Shown: positions 51,676 to 64,000 of the stretch, one piece after another
How positions within the stretch are numbered: the first letter of the stretch is position 1
Layout of the letters: each line of letters begins with the position of its first letter
Assembly: GCF_001194135.2 (NCBI RefSeq)
Contig: NC_068982.1
Coordinates: 10,607,622-10,671,621 of the forward strand
DNA length: 64,000 nucleotides
Source of the DNA: Octopus bimaculoides
Lineage: Eukaryota
Direction: 5' to 3'
Program-made: the position numbers and the translations under genes
The notes under the pieces: model-generated
Database searches by the model: none
What the model was told of the DNA's origin: nothing
Seen by the model: only the letters and a program-made list of their open reading frames with translations

Positions 51676-54176
51676 CAGATAGATAGATAGATAGATGGAT
51701 AATGATATAGATATATATATATGCATACATATACATACATATTTATGCATATATATATGTACATATATATATACATACACACACACATATATGTGTGTGC
51801 ACTAAATGTAAGGGATTGCATCATAGTTCATTAATGTTAGTTTGATAACTTACAAGATAGACAGAGTCAATAGAAACTTTATATATTTTTTTTATCGATA
51901 TCTATTGTTACATTAAAGGTAATTGCAAGAGTTAAGAATTTAGATAAATATCTATGTCTCTCATTAGTTTTATCACATATTGTAATGTCATAAACAGTTG
52001 TATGCATTTTTAAACGTCATTTTCAAAAATAATATTGTCTGTAATTAATTGGAAATACGCAATGGCATTTGTAAGACCAAAATGAAGAAAGAGAAACAAT
52101 TATTTCTCAACGGTAAATATATGATCGAAAAATAATGCAACAGTGTTACCCGCCGTGAACAGATCGTACTACTTACTTGTGTCATGATATTTTGTTTACT
52201 CAGTGTTCTTAGTCAAGCAGCATGGGCGAGTTTTGCGGAAAATTGATGCATAGTTTCGAAATAATTGATTTCTTATATACATTTGTTGTTAATGTTAGCA
52301 CGTACTTGTGTTCACAATAATGAGACACTTGGCTCGATTATATCTGTCGCCTATGTTCAAATAAACACGTCATCAGCTGAGTTGAACGTTCGGAATTCTG
52401 TAATTACAGGTGTAATAAATATGTGGTGATAGACTAGAGGAAACTTTCATGGCTGATTTTTGCGAGTTAGATACCAAGCGCCCAAATCCTGTTGTGAACT
52501 ACGAAATTTAATTTTAATAGGTGTTTGCCCTAAAACAATAACACCTATGCAAACGTCAGTGAATATGAGGTAACATATAAGGAATATGGGCGGTATTATG
52601 CTTTCCGTTGATTGGTTTAGCAAAATTATAGATTTTAGTTTTCAACTTTAGATTATGCATAACTCATTCTGAGATTAAAATTTTAGGTCCGCCTCAACGA
52701 GTCGGTTTAAGAGAATCTTGAAAAAGCTCATGTCAACGAAAAAGAGGGAAGCTCCGTACCGGGAACAGGGAAGCTCGTTGCTGGTTTGAGGATTCAAAAC
52801 ATCTTTGAAAAGTGTCTCACACTTAGTCTTCTTTACATTTGTTTGAAGTAAAAGCAAATTTGTGACGGTGCTATCATGAGAAGATCTTGCAAATATAATA
52901 CTTTTGCACAAGAGGTTTGATTGGTTTCATTTTTCGGAATGTCCTCTCTACGCACTTCAGCTACATTATGAAGTTTATATTCGAACTTCACTAACAGAAG
53001 ATGACATCCATGTTTCGAATATGTCACAAATATTTTTGTCTCTGTACACATTAACTGCAACACTTATGAAATTAAAGTCAAAGTTATGTTTCAGAAGACA
53101 TCTCACATATTCATCAACAGACTCCGTGGTCAATCATTTGCTGGTGGATAGCATATTTTGCGCTAAAACTTCTTTTAATGTTTGAATGAAAGAGTTATAA
53201 GAAAAAAACACGGTGTCGACTTAGCTTGTACACTCAGAAACACTTGCAAATTATTCTGGGAAAACTAAATTTGCTCTGATAATACGAAAACCGTCCATAT
53301 CTTCTGCAACAAGATAATTCTACTACTAAATGTCTCATTAAGCCGATGACGTTGTTGGCTCCATGCTGACTCTTTCAAGTGGTAGTTCATATACCAATGC
53401 GAGAAACTGTTATTGAATTAATTACAGTAATCATATACCAAGAAACAATTCAATTTAAAGCAGATTTCAATTCACTAAACTGATACTTCTGCTAACACAA
53501 CTGTTAAGGACAATATATTGCTGTATATTTATTGTAGCAGCAAAACGAGGCTACAGCTGCAGAATCCCATTCCATTGTTATTATGATACCAATAGAATCT
53601 GTTTATGAATAAATACGTTGGCTTTGCGTATTAATTAATTCAGAATGGCCACATCACCAATTAATATGCACGGACAACATAACCGTATTGTTGCTTCACT
53701 AGGTTATTTCGGATGGTGAAATTTGCACTTCTGTGCAATATCAGACATAGCCTGGTCACGTGTATACCATTGCAACACTACAGTTTCCTGTTCGTTCTCA
53801 TCATGTAGGGGTGAGTAATCAAGTCCTAACAACAATGTAATTAATGTCGAAAGTAATCAATTAGTCGAGTCCATTTCTAATACTAGATGCTGAGGGCTTT
53901 GTCATTAAATCATGGCCGTCTATTTTCATATCTTAATTACAGAGTATTTATTAAACATGTAAACATAACACCAAATCGCTGTTTGTAATTGTAATATACG
54001 TGTATTTGTGTGAGTGTGTGTGTGTGCACGCGAGCGTGCGTGTGTGCGCGTGTGTATGTGTGTGTGTATGTGTATATATACACACTTATATATATATATA
54101 TACACACACACACATACATGAATGCATACGTACGTACATAGATAGACAGACAGATGAAACGGATGGACAGGCAGCC

Positions 54177-54209
<33 letters not shown>

Positions 54210-54816
54210 CATTTCTTTTATTAGCCACACAGGGCTCAACGAAGATGGGACAAATACAATGTAGAGCTTTTCTTTTTGGAAGGGGGAAAGGAAGGAAAAA
54301 AANNNNNNNNNNNNNNNNNNNNNNNNNNNNNNNNNNNNNNNNNNNNNNNNNNNNNNNNNNNNNNNNNNNNNNNNNNNNNNNNNNNNNNNNNNNNNNNNNN
54401 NNNNNNNNNNNNNNNNNNNNNNNNNNNNNNNNNNNNNNNNNNNNNNNNNNNNNNNNNNNNNNNNNNNNNNNNNNNNNNNNNNNNNNNNNNNNNNNNNNNN
54501 NNNNNNNNNNNNNNNNNNNNNNNNNNNNNNNNNNNNNNNNNNNNNNNNNNNNNNNNNNNNNNNNNNNNNNNNNNNNNNNNNNNNNNNNNNNNNNNNNNNN
54601 NNNNNNNNNNNNNNNNNNNNNNNNNNNNNNNNNNNNNNNNNNNNNAACAGTAAGTGACTCTCTTTTGCCTTTTTGTTTTATTTATTTTTTCTTGTTCATA
54701 GGGTTATGCTCAAGATGGCTCCGTCGTTCACACGTGCCATCCTTGCTACATTCACCCATCTTTTTTTGAAGCATTCACTAGACAAGACTTCCCTTTCTAC
54801 TCTCAACTTCCTCTTC

Positions 54817-54866
<50 letters not shown>

Positions 54867-55394
54867 TGTATTAAATAAATAGGTAGAGACATGTTATTAT
54901 CGCGCTGCATGCGGATCGTTGCAGCATATTAACACATTGTCGACGGGGTAGATAACTATGTACCCTGGAATGGTATCTTATTTATACAGGTGAAATTAAA
55001 ACCATCAAAAGAGTAATAACAAATATGAAAAGGCAGCCTGATATAAAATTCAAGATTTAGGAAAAATAATCAACACATTTTTTTCACTTTCTAGACTACA
55101 TTCAGTGATAAATAATCGAAATATGGAAATTTGGTGGAAGATATTTAAAAGAGAGATGCAAAGGGGTGAAAGAGAGAGATATAGTGAGCGAGAGAGTTCA
55201 GGTAAATCTAATAGGAAATAACTGTTTAAAAACTGTACGTAATGGGATGTATAATATAAATATTTACATTAAAAGCAGTATGAGACCGTCCGGTTCTATT
55301 AAAATACACAACATTTTATGTAAAGTGGGTCTACACGAAGCAGAAATATGCTAAAATGCCCATCTGACGATGAGGCTGTGCGGAAAGAAAAACG

Positions 55395-55538
55395 TCGTTT
55401 GCTTCCCGGTCAAATGGCTTCGGGTCCAACACACCTCGTGGCACATTCGACACACATTTTCTACTATATTTTCGGGCCATCCAAACCTTGTGAGTGGATT
55501 CAGTAGCTGGAAACTGAAAGAAGCTCATCGTATATTTG

Positions 55539-55569
<31 letters not shown>

Positions 55570-55700
55570 ACCCCACCACCGCTTTACAACCGTTTTTTTT
55601 CTTCTATAGTTTCAGCTCAGAGCTACGGCCAGGCTGATGCACCACCGTTTGTTTGCGTCTTTGTAACATAATGGTTTGGCAAAGGAGTACGAAAGAATAA
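55395..55700 (+). mobile_element. SINE family B, diverged, interrupted by a younger SINE
   Basis: ccttgtgagtggattcagtagctggaaactgaaagaagc...ccccaccaccgctttacaaccg; resumes at 56026 as gatagaataagtac. Confidence 0.75.
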
Positions 55701-55701
55701 C

Positions 55702-56026
55702 TTTTTTTTTTATTTTTTATGCGCCCTTTTAAAGCCTAGCCAGGCTCATGGGCCCGTTTTCCCGGTTTCTATGGCGTATGTGACCCGCCCCCCAGCTGGA
55801 CGGGACGCCAGTCTATCGCAGCTTTACTCAAGAAAGAGGAATAAAGAGTGAGAGAAATTTGGGGCGAAAGAGTACAACAGGGGTCGCCACCATCCCATGC
55901 CGGAGCCTCGTGGAGCTTTATGTGTTTCCGCTCAATAAACACACATAACGCCCGATCTGGGAATCGAAATCGCGATCCTCCCACCGTGAGTCCGCTGCCC
56001 TAACCACTGGGCCATTGCGCCTCCAC
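55702..56026 (-). mobile_element. Full-length tRNA-derived SINE with V-domain-like segment and A-rich tail
   Basis: Minus strand head gtggaggcgcaatggcccagtggttagggc...tttcgattccc, segment gctgcgatagactggcgtcccgtccag, A-tail; flanking direct repeat cga(a/t)agaataa at 55690-55700 and 56026-56036. Confidence 0.85.
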
Positions 56027-56667
56027 GATAGAATAAGTACAAGGCTTAAAAAGAAAAAAAAAGAAGAAAGAATAAGAGATTGAAATGAAATAAATACCAG
56101 TTGAATACTGGTGATCGATGTAATTGACTTACTCCTCCTCCCCCAAAATAGCTGGCCTTGTGCCAATATTCGAAACCAATTTACAAAAAGACAATACTCT
56201 TAGATAGAATGTCTGTTTTCAGCAGTCACTTCAATCAAACAAACCTAGGTATACACAGCCATTAAGGAACCTTCTACAGGGTAATGAACGATGGCCCCTC
56301 TGAGCGTCTACGTGTATTTCTAGAAATAACAGCGATTTGGTTGTTATTGCTTGTAGTTTAAACCACACTATGCAGTTTGAAGAAAGGATGGACACAGAGA
56401 AATATTTCTCAAGTTAAACTATATAATCTTAAAAGGGAAGAATACATAATACAATGTATTTCATGATACATGTATAAAATAGTCACGGCAGCAACATCTT
56501 AGCCAATCATGGCTAAATTGGGGGATAAACAACATTAGCTTAAGATACCTTGATAACCATTTGTTCTTCCGGTTCCATCAGACTTGTATGAGCGTGAGAA
56601 ATTGAACACGAATAAAGAAATTGTAAATCATTGAGCTTATAACATTGACTTTCCAAAAAAAGGGTAG

Positions 56668-56781
<114 letters not shown>

Positions 56782-57489
56782 GTGTGTATGTATGTATGTA
56801 TGTATGATGTATGTATGTATGTATGTATGTATGTATGCATGTATGTATGCATTGGTCGAAGTGTACAGTATTACATATCCACTACGGCCAATCTTACCAA
56901 TCGGTTTCGTACTAGGGCTTCAACAGAATTTTAGGTAACAGTCCGATTATGCAACACTGCGCTCTTTAGAGGAGGCGTATATAGAAGCACTGTACCCTGA
57001 CATAATTGCATTTAAAATTTGCTGGATTTTCTGTACATGAACTGTACTGAACTGTGAGCGTTCATTCATATTGTTCATATTTTTATTTAACGCATATAGT
57101 GCAATGCTAGTTGTTGCGTAGCATTTATCATCATGTCAGAGTTATCAATTTTGAAATGGGACGAAATGAATCTCATATTCTATTATATCATTTATTGAAC
57201 AATTATTCTTTGATTCGACTGTTCTACACTCGCTATTTGTATGCAAGATATATATATATATATATANNNNNNNNNNNNNNNNNNNNNNNNNNNNNNNNNN
57301 NNNNNNNNNNNNNNNNNNNNNNNNNNNNNNNNNNNNNNNNNNNNNNNNNNNNNNNNNNNNNNNNNNNNNNNNNNNNNNNNNNNNNNNNNNNNNNNNNNNN
57401 NNNNNNNNNNNNNNNNNNNNNNNNTGGACTTTTCCACTTTTGTAAACCTCCTTTATCATCCTTTTTTACCTTACTTTCCTTCACCTACC

Positions 57490-57646
57490 GTCTCTCCGTG
57501 TTTTTCTCCTTGTCTCCGTATTCTTTCTGTTGAAGAGCGTAGCTCGAAACGTCACAGACTTTCCGTATTCCCGAGCGTCATACTAATATATACTTTTGTT
57601 ATTTACACCACCTGTCCTCGTCTGTTGTTATTATTTGTATATTCTC

Positions 57647-57650
<4 letters not shown>
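57490..57650 (+). mobile_element. Family H1 copy with variant hammerhead core
   Basis: cttt-CTGTTGA-a-GAGCgtaGCTC-GAAA-cg-TC-acag (core from 57527), ends at (TA)n. Confidence 0.7.
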
Positions 57651-57679
<29 letters not shown>

Positions 57680-60600
57680 AGCACTATTCAAAATGTTTGG
57701 TAATGCCAAACATGTTACCTTTCAGCCTTCAGTTAGTAATTCTGCAGAGGGGTAATGCTTGATGGTGTGTTTATGCGTGTGTGTGTGCGCGCGTGTATGT
57801 ATTTGTGTGTTTAACATAGAAATGCCTGCTTCACACCAACTATCTTATATAGTATATAATCGACCGAAATTACTTGCAGAAACATGTTTGAGAAATATTT
57901 ATTAAGATTAGTAGTTGAATCTGTAATATATTGCTACAAGATTGGATGGAAAATTGTTATATACACAGTGAATTCTAATTTCGGAATGTTTCGAGCAATT
58001 ATAATAATGCTAGATGTAAAACGAAGATATTTAGCATAGATCACGTACGTTTATACAAGCTCTGCAGCAATTTAAAGATTTCTTGAAAACCTCAGATATT
58101 GATTTCATCGCAGTAAACGTGAATCCCTCTAAAGTGCTTAAAATGAAATTAAATTTAGTGCAATTTATTTAATTTTGCACGTAGTCCGCACATTACAAAT
58201 TATTATTAGCATTAGATCCATTTATATAGAAATAAATCTAAACGTTTATTTAATTTAAAATCTTCCAGGAAATAGAATGTGACATGTGCGAAACATTTCT
58301 TCGATTTTAATCTCTAACCCCAAACACATCTCGATTTGATTGACCGTGAAAGAGAAAAACTGAACTTGTGTAAATGAAATTACTAGGCATTTTACACGCA
58401 GAGAAGATTTATCTCTCCAATGGTTTCAATGTGTCATTTATGTATAATCGAGTGTGCATTGATATTCTTTTGGAAGCATTAAAGCATTAATGTGTGAGAG
58501 TTCTAAGATAACTATGTGAGACTTTTAGAAATTATATGCAAACTTTGACTCCAATTGTTAATCTAATACTTCGCTTAGATTCCATTCAACTTCCCATTAA
58601 TGTACTATAAATACGATTTCTACTGACCTGTTCCTTTCAATGTTGTTTTCATAAACTTTTATTGATTACTATCTCACTTTCATTAACATATGGAGATCCT
58701 ATTCTCATATTGATTCCTTATCAACATCCATCTCACAACTAGGCAAATTGGTTTTAAATAATAAAACAATCTTTACACGACTTAAAACTATGACACACTG
58801 CAGCACGACACTGCCTTCATCGCATTTAATAGTAGCTTATTTTTGACTAGGCACAACTTCATTCTGGTTAAAATAAAACATGGGCTATTATGACCTTCAT
58901 TGATTTATTGCCTGAATAGCAGGAATACAATTTAGGTAATGCGGAACTTGCCTCTTTCCGAATGTTTAAATTAGTTTGATATAAGAAATCAATACTGGCC
59001 GTGAATGTTGCAGCAAATGTCCAGTTCAATAAATGTTCGCCCATACAACCGAAGAATAACCGGTTACATGCTTTGCACAGAATTCTATTGCTCGTGTAGT
59101 TCTACCACAATAGATTGGAGAAAATACTTTGCATGTATAAGCAAAAGTAACATGGTGTGTGTTTTGTTACCTTCCAACATTGGGTTCAAATATAACCATG
59201 GCTGAAAGTTAAGAAGCGACATACTTTGATAAACTAATCACTATGAAGGTTAAATCTGTAAATGTGTTCTTACTGGACAGGGCATCATAGAAGTCACTTA
59301 TCAACACAATATATTGCATAAAAAATAATTTACAGATCGACAACGCTAAGCAATGACGTGGATATATACAAACATATTATCAGTTCAAATATGCTTGAGG
59401 CATACTCGAACCACGTAAGAAAGCCTTTCACTGTGTTTCCTCGTGGAAACAATTTCTCTCTGTAGGCACAGAGGTGAAAAAACACCGTGCCAGCTCACAA
59501 CAGCTACCAAACGAAACTATGGAATGCATGCATTTCGGAGTGGTTACCCCTTCTTCAGTCACAGACGCCGGAAAGGTAAAACGCAACAATTTTAAACGAG
59601 TGGTATGTCCCACTTATCATATTCTCGTCATTTTTCAATGACTTGTTGCGATATTCAGTGGCTCGCAGTGAATAAAACACGGGTTGGCTGCGCTAACCCG
59701 TGATGTATACATACGCAAACTTGTTACAAGTGCAAATGTGCTTGGGGCATAATGTTTCTTTTAGAAGATTTACGCATTTTGTTTTGAAATATTTAACCAA
59801 GTTTGCAAACGCTTAGCAATGTTCACATTACTTGAATGTTAAGGTATCTACAGTATATAAGAGAGACGTGATAAGATTGCTTCACCTTATTATAGGCAAA
59901 CATGAAATATTTAAAGAACAATTTTACATTTTTACTGATGCATAGAAAATGCGAATGTTTAGAACATGTGCCTGAAATTAAAGCATATATGAAAACAGTA
60001 TAATGCATTTCAACAATATATGCTCATTAAATCAATCTCTGCATATGTAAATATAGATTGCAGCTTTTTATCTAAGATTATGATAACCAAATGGGTATTC
60101 GAGGGAAAAGTAGGATAGATCATTGACTCGATACATTTAAAATGATATCGATTTTGAAAGTTTTACATAATGGAATCAACTTTCAAAGTTGAATAAAGAA
60201 TGTCGTCTCTCAAATTTTTCATTCGTCACATATTCAACCTGTCGCTGCATATTAAGGATGTCCAGATGCAAACTATATTGATGATGAAGCAGTTGTGTTA
60301 CAGGTGATGGTGGTGGCTGAGAGGATAGTGATGTTCACGTATAGGTTCGTGATTGTGCAAATTTATTATCAGGAGTATTCCAACTGTGACATACACGTAT
60401 CTATTTTCTATGCATAGTGTATCTAGAGCTTTATTGCTGATTCCCACCTTCAAATAATAGGATGCATAAAAGAGAATATGTACGTTTTCATAGAATAAAT
60501 TAGAATTAGAAATTCTGCCGTAATTCTTTTTAGAATAAAGCTTCGTTTTAAAATTACAAAATAACGAATTACTGGTCAGAGTGAAATTATGTAAATTATG

Positions 60601-61024
60601 TGAAAGTATAAAAGGATGTAAATGACAATTTTGTTCTGTCATTGGATGCTAATAGCTCATCAGTTATACGAGTTTTGAAGAGAAAATCACTGAGCCATTA
60701 TAAGGCTGACGACAACTCAAAAGAGGCAAGTCAATGATGGCATTTACACAATTGGCTCCTGGAAATTTGTATTCCAACTGCTACTGTCACAAGGCAATTT
60801 TAGATTTCAATGGCTGATTCAAGAAAGCTAGTATTTACGGTCATGTTTAATTCTATTTAAAACATACTACATTGTACACATATAAGTGTGTGTGTGTGTG
60901 CGTGTGTACATGTGTGTGTTCCTGTGTGATTATGTGAGTGTACATATATATATAAGGATTTACATTTCGTAATGAGATAAAAAAAAACAAAGGCTGTGTA
61001 TATTTTAGAACATTTATAAATAGA

Positions 61025-61073
61025 AGGTCTTACAGCTGTTTCCAGGACATTTATTTATCCCATCGCTGGCGAC
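61025..61073 (-). ncRNA. Decayed minimal hammerhead-like motif, family H3 (AGCU stem III loop)
   Basis: Minus strand gtcg-ccagcga-tgggata aataaa tgtcctg-GAAAC AGCT GTA-agac; CUGAUGA position carries four transitions. Confidence 0.45.
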
Positions 61074-61579
61074 GGTGTGAGAGGATGGTTAAGCAATAGT
61101 TAATTTAGATAAGATAGGAAATAGAGAGTGAATGCAGGGATATTGTATTTGTATATCCATTGTTTAGGCAGAATGGTATACATATAAGATTCTAATACCT
61201 TGTGAGTAAATTCCAATAGTCTTTAAGATTGGTCATTGCATTTGTAAATCCATTAGTAAGATTTCAATACCCTATGAGTAAAATCCAACAGTCTTTGAAA
61301 TTGGTCATTCCAAATACAGTTTATACACAGTGTTATTGAATCAAGGGTTCTTTTTAAAGTGACTATGTTTACACTACACACACACACACACACACGCACC
61401 TTCACNNNNNNNNNNNNNNNNNNNNNNNNNNNNNNNNNNNNNNNNNNNNNNNNNNNNNNNNNNNNNNNNNNNNNNNNNNNNNNNNNNNNNNNNNNNNNNN
61501 NNNNNNNNNNNNNNNNNNNNNNNNNNNNNNNNNNNNNNNNNNNNNNNNNNNNNNNNNNNNNNNNNNNNNNNNNNNNNNN

Positions 61580-61635
<56 letters not shown>

Positions 61636-62009
61636 ATATATGTAGTGTAAACAGGGTTAGCGGTTATAATAACCGACTAAGGGATAAAATATCCGAATAT
61701 ACTATCTATCGGTATCCGTTACTCGTGTTAACTCTGGGCATTGGTGTGCAGGCACACTACGCACGTAGAATGCAGGTAACAACAAGATAAACAAGAGTTT
61801 ATCAGGAAATAAATATAAATAATCAGAAAATGGAGAAAACCTCAGATCAACAAACACATCGATTGGACCACACTTATAGCTTACTTTTTAATACAAAACA
61901 TGACATAACATATAGGTGATGTGTTATTTATCGTAGTATTGATAGTTTTTTAAAGCTTTCGCTTTCATCTTTGGATAGCAGTATTTTTACCCTTCTTTTA
62001 TTCACACGT

Positions 62010-62560
62010 CAGATGGAAACAATTTTTTAGGGAAATGACAACCTCATTTTGTTGTGTGATGAAACTCATCTTCATCTCCATGGCATGGTGACCCAACAGA
62101 ACTGTCATTATTAGGCTCTCGAAAATCCGAGAGAAATGCACGAAAGACCACTGTGCAGCCCAAAAGTGATGGTCTGGTGTGCTGTTGGAAAAGTTGTCGT
62201 CATTGGTCCTTACGTTTTGAAGACATTAATGGAAATGCTGTTACTGTGAACTCCGAATTTTACATCGAGATGATAAACAACTTCTTTGCAACTGGATTAC
62301 GACGAAAACGTATGCCTATTCGACGTATTTGGTTTCAGCAGGATGGGGCGACGGCCCACACAGCCAGAGCATTAATGGACGTTCTTCGCCCTCACTTCGG
62401 TGTCCGCCTCATTTCCAGGTTTGCTGACATTTCTTCCCCACGCGCTCGATCCACTGATTTGTCCATGTGTGATTATTTCTTGTGGGGAAACCTCAAGGCA
62501 CGTGTGTATGCACATAAGCCCCGTACATTGGACGATTTTAAGGAAGCTATATATATATTA
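62010..62560 (+). pseudogene. Tc1/mariner DD41D (rosa-like) transposase catalytic-domain remnant
   Basis: LLCDETHLHLHG...ENPREMHERPLCSPKVMVWCAV..IGPY / FEDINGNAVTVN...WFQQDGATAHTA...RSTDLSMCDYFLWGNLKARVY; 42 residues between D2 and D3 in this copy. Confidence 0.85.
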
Positions 62561-63420
62561 TAATAAAAAGGTAAAATCAATAATNNNNNNNNNNNNNNNN
62601 NNNNNNNNNNNNNNNNNNNNNNNNNNNNNNNNNNNNNNNNNNNNNNNNNNNNNNNNNNNNNNNNNNNNNNNNNNNNNNNNNNNNNNNNNNNNNNNNNNNN
62701 NNNNNNNNNNNNNNNNNNNNNNNNNNNNNNNNNNNNNNNNNCATGTGTGATTATTTCTTGTGGGGAAACCTCAAGGCACGTGTGTATGCACATAAGCCCC
62801 GTACATTGGACGATTTTAAGGAAGCTCTATATATATTATAATAAAAAGGTAAAATCAATAATAATTTTACGAGGTGCTCAGTGCGGAAATAGAAACCTCA
62901 CAGGTAAATTTTACAAAATATTTTATAATTGTATCTATAATTATAACAAGGGATCGCCTACAATATACAGTGTTATTCTCGGAGATTTTAAGGTGGTAAT
63001 AGGGGTTTAGCGTCTATTTCTTGCAGTGTGTGGTGAGGCATATACTATTTAAATACACACACAAAAACACAGATATGAGTAGTTCTGCTAAAAATCTAAA
63101 CATAGATTGCTGATGATGACATAAAAAGTGTAATAAAGATTCTGTAATCCCTTATAGACTTGCGACAGAGAATCTCAGATCAAAACACTTACCGAACAAG
63201 AACAACATCGAAATTCCGAATGCTTTGTTCAAGTCACGAAAATTCAGCGAGATTTTGTTTTTCTTTAAGAAGAAAATACATTTTTGATTCCGATTATTTT
63301 GCTGTGCAGAAAATGCAACATTACGTTGTATAAAGGATAACAATGAATATCATATGTATAGATGTATAGATATGTATATATATGTATGCATATATATATA
63401 TATGTGTGTGTTTCTCTCTC

Positions 63421-63464
<44 letters not shown>

Positions 63465-63474
63465 NNNNNNNNNN

Positions 63475-63506
<32 letters not shown>

Positions 63507-63520
63507 TGTGTGTGCTAGTC

Positions 63521-63735
63521 TTTTATTCTTTTATCAGTTTCAGTCATTTGACTGTGGCCATGCTGGAGTATCGCCTTTAGTCGAACAACTCGACCCAGGA
63601 CTTATTCTTTGTATGCCTAGTACTTATTCTTTCGCTCTGTTTTGGCGAACTGCTAAGTTACGGACAGGTAAACTCACCAACATCGGTTGTCAAGCGATGG
63701 TGGTAAGGGAACAAACACAGACACACAAATACATA
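63521..63735 (-). mobile_element. SINE family B 3' half
   Basis: cagtcatttgactgtggccatgctggag...caggacttattctttgtatgcctagtac...catcggttgtcaagcgatgg. Confidence 0.9.
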
Positions 63736-64000
63736 ATACAAAGAGTTGGCCAAAAGTCACTAAATTAAAACCATTCTATTCCAAGATTAAAACAAAAAAT
63801 TATTTTATATCAGATTTTGCTAATGAAGAGATAAATTTTGAAAACAAAATAACCGGTGATTTTAACTCACAGCATTCAATTATTAAACCTCCATAATTGG
63901 AATGAAAAAATTAAATTGAATATTAAATATTTATGGAATTTTGGTTTACTGTCGGGTGTCTTTTGGCCAAACCTATATATATATATATATATATATATAT

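Noticed and set aside
52675-53830. Short ORFs and possible splice sites (acceptor 52686, donor GTGAGT 53811)
   Set aside because: Frames on both strands are equally plausible and none is recognisable; cannot be supported without RNA data
62464-62862. 121-bp direct repeat (62464-62584 and 62742-62862)
   Set aside because: Flanks an N-gap and differs by one base; most likely an unmerged contig overlap or haplotype artefact

Overview
AT-rich, gap-riddled eukaryotic draft sequence with more than 20 N-runs, nearly all flanked by microsatellites. The repeat content (tRNA-derived SINEs with Nin-, Meta-, CORE- and V-like domains, heavy TA/CA/GATA/AGT microsatellite load) resembles an octopus/cephalopod genome; this is inference from repeat recognition, not a database result. 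I cannot support any intact, recognisable host protein gene: most long ORFs in the track are microsatellite or N-gap artefacts, and only a few unassigned exon-like segments remain. The window is mostly decayed mobile DNA: about 20 SINE copies, the 5' half of a Tx1/L1-like LINE (zinc-knuckle ORF1 plus start of the APE endonuclease), four Tc1/mariner-superfamily remnants, a Chapaev3-like transposase remnant, a non-autonomous Helitron and several MITE-like hairpins. The most interesting signal is RNA-level. At least three different families of short repeats carry minimal hammerhead-ribozyme (HHR) motifs of the Penelope/retrozyme type. One is a tRNA-headed SINE-like element with an HHR tail, abutted by an inverted tail copy that starts about 2 nt after the predicted cleavage site. 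Also notable: a ~395 bp, ~93% identical inverted duplication containing a GT-AG mini-intron, a recurrent SINE dimer junction, and two near-perfect RFX X-boxes.
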